Assembly (NCBI RefSeq): GCF_003367075.2
Contig: NZ_CP065936.1
Location: 1,800,001-1,832,000, forward strand
Source of the DNA: Cylindrospermopsis raciborskii Cr2010
Lineage (GTDB): Bacteria; Cyanobacteriota; Cyanobacteriia; Cyanobacteriales; Nostocaceae
Length of the DNA stretch: 32,000 nucleotides
Direction of reading: 5' to 3'
Made by a program: the position numbers and the translations under genes. Under the pieces are notes generated by a model. The model searched no databases. It worked only from the letters and a program-made list of their open reading frames with translations, and had not been told where the DNA came from. Positions 29,271 to 32,000 of this stretch are shown piece by piece (positions within the stretch are counted from its first letter, which is position 1; each line of letters opens with the position of its first letter).

Positions 29271-29392
29271 CTAGTAAACCCTACTTTAAATGGCGGATAC
29301 CACACTTGAGACCCATTTGACAATTTTCTTAACATTTTGTTATCTTTGTTTACATAGAGTAATAAAGACTTATTCAACAAGGAGTTACTCAA

Positions 29393-29620
29393 ATGGTTGT
29401 GTTAATTGCATTATTTGTTATTGGTTGGGTTGCAGCTGGGTTGATTGGTTCCCTAGCATATTTTATGGGTGAGCAAAGCAAGCCCATTCATGAACGTAAC
29501 TGGCGTTCTGAGTCGTTTGCAAGACTAGCCAAGTCAATTACCGGTCAAGAAATTAATTATGAAACCCGCACTCCTGCTTATGGTATGGATGCTTATACCA
29601 GCCAAGGCTTATCTGAGTAG
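29393..29620 (+). CDS. Small single-TM conserved protein, possibly Psb35-related
   Basis: MVVLIALFVIGWVAAGLIGSLAYFMGEQSKPIHERNWRSESFARLAKSITGQ..., with GGAG ribosome-binding site. The Psb35 relationship is from memory and needs checking. Confidence 0.65.
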   Translation: MVVLIALFVIGWVAAGLIGSLAYFMGEQSKPIHERNWRSESFARLAKSITGQEINYETRTPAYGMDAYTSQGLSE

Positions 29621-29649
29621 AGTTTGTAAATAATAAATAGAGCAAATAG

Positions 29650-29684
29650 CCGTGCTGTCAAAAGTTTAGACAGCACGGTTTGTT
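29650..29684. terminator. Bidirectional terminator-like hairpin between convergent genes
   Basis: CCGTGCTGTCaaaagtttaGACAGCACGG followed by T-rich tail. Confidence 0.75.
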
Positions 29685-29687
29685 ATA

Positions 29688-31133
29688 TTAGGTATGAAAA
29701 TTTTGGATCAAATTATAAAAAGGTTGCCAATTATCCTGTTCCACAATTGGTTGCCAAATCTCTTCAATTACTGGTCTTAGTAAATTAGACTGGGGATTAT
29801 ATTGGATTAAGGTTGTGCCAACATTCGTCATTTCTTGGGAAACCGAGTTGTTGAGGACTTGATGATAAAGTGCGCACCAGTTTTTAAAAACAGATAATGA
29901 CCTCGGCAAAATTTGTGATTCCTCCATAATTAAACTAGGTTCCTCACGCCATCTGGGGGAAAATGTCTTTGCCATATCGGCAAAAAACTGATGATAATTA
30001 ATTTGACTTTCTTTTAAAAAACCAATTGTGAGATCTAACAAATCATCAGCTTCTGGAAATTTGGGTTGGGCAAAACCTAATCTTTTCAACATCAAATTCC
30101 CATATTCTGCATGATAGTATTCCTGAAATTTTGCTAACCCATAATCCAGATCCACTGGGTCAATCACCGCTTTTAATGGCTCTTGCAACAGTTCTAAATT
30201 TAAATAACAAATACTTGGTTGCTGACCATAACAATAACGCCGATAATAGTCAAAATAGGCAGCAGTAAAATTTAAATCATAGGTGGGGATAAAAGCATAG
30301 GGTCCATAGTCAAAACTTTCCCCTGTAATAGACATGTTGTCAGTATTTAAAACACCATGGCAAAAACCCGCGCACATCCATTGTGCCACTAACTGGGCTA
30401 CTCTCTTCACTAGTTCAGCATAAAACAAAGCATATTTATTCTCCTGATTGTTTAGATCTGGATAATATTGATCAATCACATGATCTAATAATTTCTGGAT
30501 TAAATCCGGGCGTTTTAAATAATGTAATCTCTCAAAAGTGCCAAATCTAATATGGGATTTACTCATGCGCACCATGACTGATGAACGGGTGGGAGAAGGT
30601 TCATCTCCTCGCCATAAAGATAATCCAGTTTCAATCATACTTAAACACCGGGATGTTCTCACACCTAAACGATGTAATACTTCCCCTGCTAAAACTTCTC
30701 TCACCCCTCCCTTGAGGGTTAGCATTCCATCACCACCACGGGAATAAGGCGTTCTCCCTGATCCCTTAGTGCCAAAATCATATAGTTCTCCATCCACACC
30801 CCTAACTTGTCCATAAAGAAAACCTCTACCATCTCCTAAATGGGGGTTATATTCACCAAATTGATAGCCGTGATAACGCAGTGCTAAAAATGGTTTCTTT
30901 CCTTCAAATTTGCCAAAGCTATCAATAAAGTTTTGGTCTGTAATTATTTGATGGTCTATTCCTAAACGTTCTAATAATGAATTATTTCGCCAGCGTAAAA
31001 TGTGTTGGGGAAATTCTTCCGCATCAACTTCATCATAGTAGTCATTACCTAATGACTCCAATTTATATTCATAGTTGAGAGAATGTAACCGGTTGGGGGA
31101 GGTTGTATCATTTGGCGTTTCAGCTGGGTTCAT
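29688..31133 (-). CDS. selO: Protein adenylyltransferase SelO (YdiU/UPF0061)
   Basis: [29 protein letters not shown]; [31 protein letters not shown]; [22 protein letters not shown]. Confidence 0.95.
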   Translation of the reverse strand: MNPAETPNDTTSPNRLHSLNYEYKLESLGNDYYDEVDAEEFPQHILRWRNNSLLERLGIDHQIITDQNFIDSFGKFEGKKPFLALRYHGYQFGEYNPHLGDGRGFLYGQVRGVDGELYDFGTKGSGRTPYSRGGDGMLTLKGGVREVLAGEVLHRLGVRTSRCLSMIETGLSLWRGDEPSPTRSSVMVRMSKSHIRFGTFERLHYLKRPDLIQKLLDHVIDQYYPDLNNQENKYALFYAELVKRVAQLVAQWMCAGFCHGVLNTDNMSITGESFDYGPYAFIPTYDLNFTAAYFDYYRRYCYGQQPSICYLNLELLQEPLKAVIDPVDLDYGLAKFQEYYHAEYGNLMLKRLGFAQPKFPEADDLLDLTIGFLKESQINYHQFFADMAKTFSPRWREEPSLIMEESQILPRSLSVFKNWCALYHQVLNNSVSQEMTNVGTTLIQYNPQSNLLRPVIEEIWQPIVEQDNWQPFYNLIQNFHT

Positions 31134-31273
31134 TTTTACTATTTTTGGTGTTTTCTTGATTCTACATTATTACCAATTGCCATTGGTCGGTAGATAATGC
31201 TACTCTACTTGTATCCCACGGTTAAAATTTCCGTGTCTTTCTGTTCATTATAAAGGATAGCAAAAGGATAGTA

Positions 31274-32000
31274 ATGGCGCAAATACGCTACGATTGGCAA
31301 AAAGATGAGATTTTCGCTATCTACAATACACCATTTTTAGAGCTAGTTTATCAAGCTGCTACTGTACACCGTCAATTTCATAATCCTAAACAAATACAGG
31401 TATGCAAGCTAATATCTATTAAAACTGGTGGTTGCCCAGAAGACTGTGGTTACTGCGCCCAGTCCTCCCATTATAAAACTGAAGTCAAACCAGAAGCTTT
31501 ATTAGCTAAGGAAACAGTATTAAATATTGCTCACAAAGCTAAGGAAAATGGTGTCAGTCGAATCTGTATGGGCGCTGCTTGGCGCGAAGTACGAGATAAT
31601 TCCCAATTTGAACAAGTTTTGGATATGGTTAAAAATGTAACCTCTATGGGACTGGAGGTCTGCTGCACTTTGGGCATGTTAACAGCTAGTCAAGCTCAAA
31701 AGTTGCAAGATGCAGGTCTTTACGCTTATAATCATAACCTGGATACTTCCGAAGAATATTATAGTAGTGTTATTACCACGAGAACATATAGCGATCGCCT
31801 GAATACAATTAGAAATGTTCGATCAACTAATGTGACTGTTTGTTCTGGTGGTATTCTGGGTTTAGGTGAGAGTGTGGAAGACCGGGTGGGAATGTTATAT
31901 ACTCTATCTAGTTTGGAACCCCATCCTGAATCAGTTCCGATTAATATCCTCTCCCAGGTTGAGGGAACACCCCTGTCCGATCAACCGGAAGTTCCTATTT
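31274..32000 (+). CDS. bioB: Biotin synthase, 3' end cut by window
   Basis: Hand translation [67 protein letters not shown]...VCCTLGMLT...YNHNLDTS; open to window end. Confidence 0.96.
   Translation, partial: MAQIRYDWQKDEIFAIYNTPFLELVYQAATVHRQFHNPKQIQVCKLISIKTGGCPEDCGYCAQSSHYKTEVKPEALLAKETVLNIAHKAKENGVSRICMGAAWREVRDNSQFEQVLDMVKNVTSMGLEVCCTLGMLTASQAQKLQDAGLYAYNHNLDTSEEYYSSVITTRTYSDRLNTIRNVRSTNVTVCSGGILGLGESVEDRVGMLYTLSSLEPHPESVPINILSQVEGTPLSDQPEVPI

Noticed and set aside
29290-29472. 60-aa ORF overlapping the start of the 29393 gene
   Set aside because: Alternate frame of a better-supported small gene with RBS; sequence (TFLTFCYLCLHRVIKTYSTRSYSNGC) looks non-coding.
1-32000. Searched by eye for CRISPR arrays, toxin-antitoxin pairs, retrons, prophage genes and biosynthetic clusters
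   Set aside because: No direct-repeat/spacer pattern, reverse transcriptase, phage structural gene or modular synthase is present in the ORF track or in the gaps I read.

Overview
This is a 32 kb stretch of core chromosome from a filamentous, Nostocales-like cyanobacterium. That assignment is an inference from the gene content, from many GCGATCGC (HIP1) sites, and from complete psbB, psbT, petC and petA genes. Most of the DNA is housekeeping: the end of an OmpR-type response regulator, an ABC ATPase, two radical SAM proteins, a DICT-sensor protein coupled to a pentapeptide-repeat protein, a NucA-type secreted nuclease, a CPBP protease and clpS. It continues with rne-rnhB, pheA, coaBC, psbB-psbT, a family-5 peptide/nickel ABC transporter, tRNA-Gly(CCC), gcvT-gcvH, petC-petA, selO and a truncated bioB. 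I found no CRISPR array, no prophage, no intact transposase and no recognisable defence island, so I do not claim a new system. The best second-look items are: (1) a structured ~100-nt sequence between gcvT and gcvH that resembles the 3' end (omegaRNA/right end) of a TnpB/IS200-IS605-type element, with no tnpB nearby; (2) an orphan ABC ATPase whose catalytic Walker-B Glu and switch His are replaced by Gln and Tyr, with a non-canonical signature motif; (3) a degenerate HD(-GYP-like) domain (HD to HR) fused to a DICT sensor and overlapping a pentapeptide-repeat gene by 4 bp; (4) an unannotated 27-aa single-TM ORF; (5) long or structured leaders at rne and coaBC.
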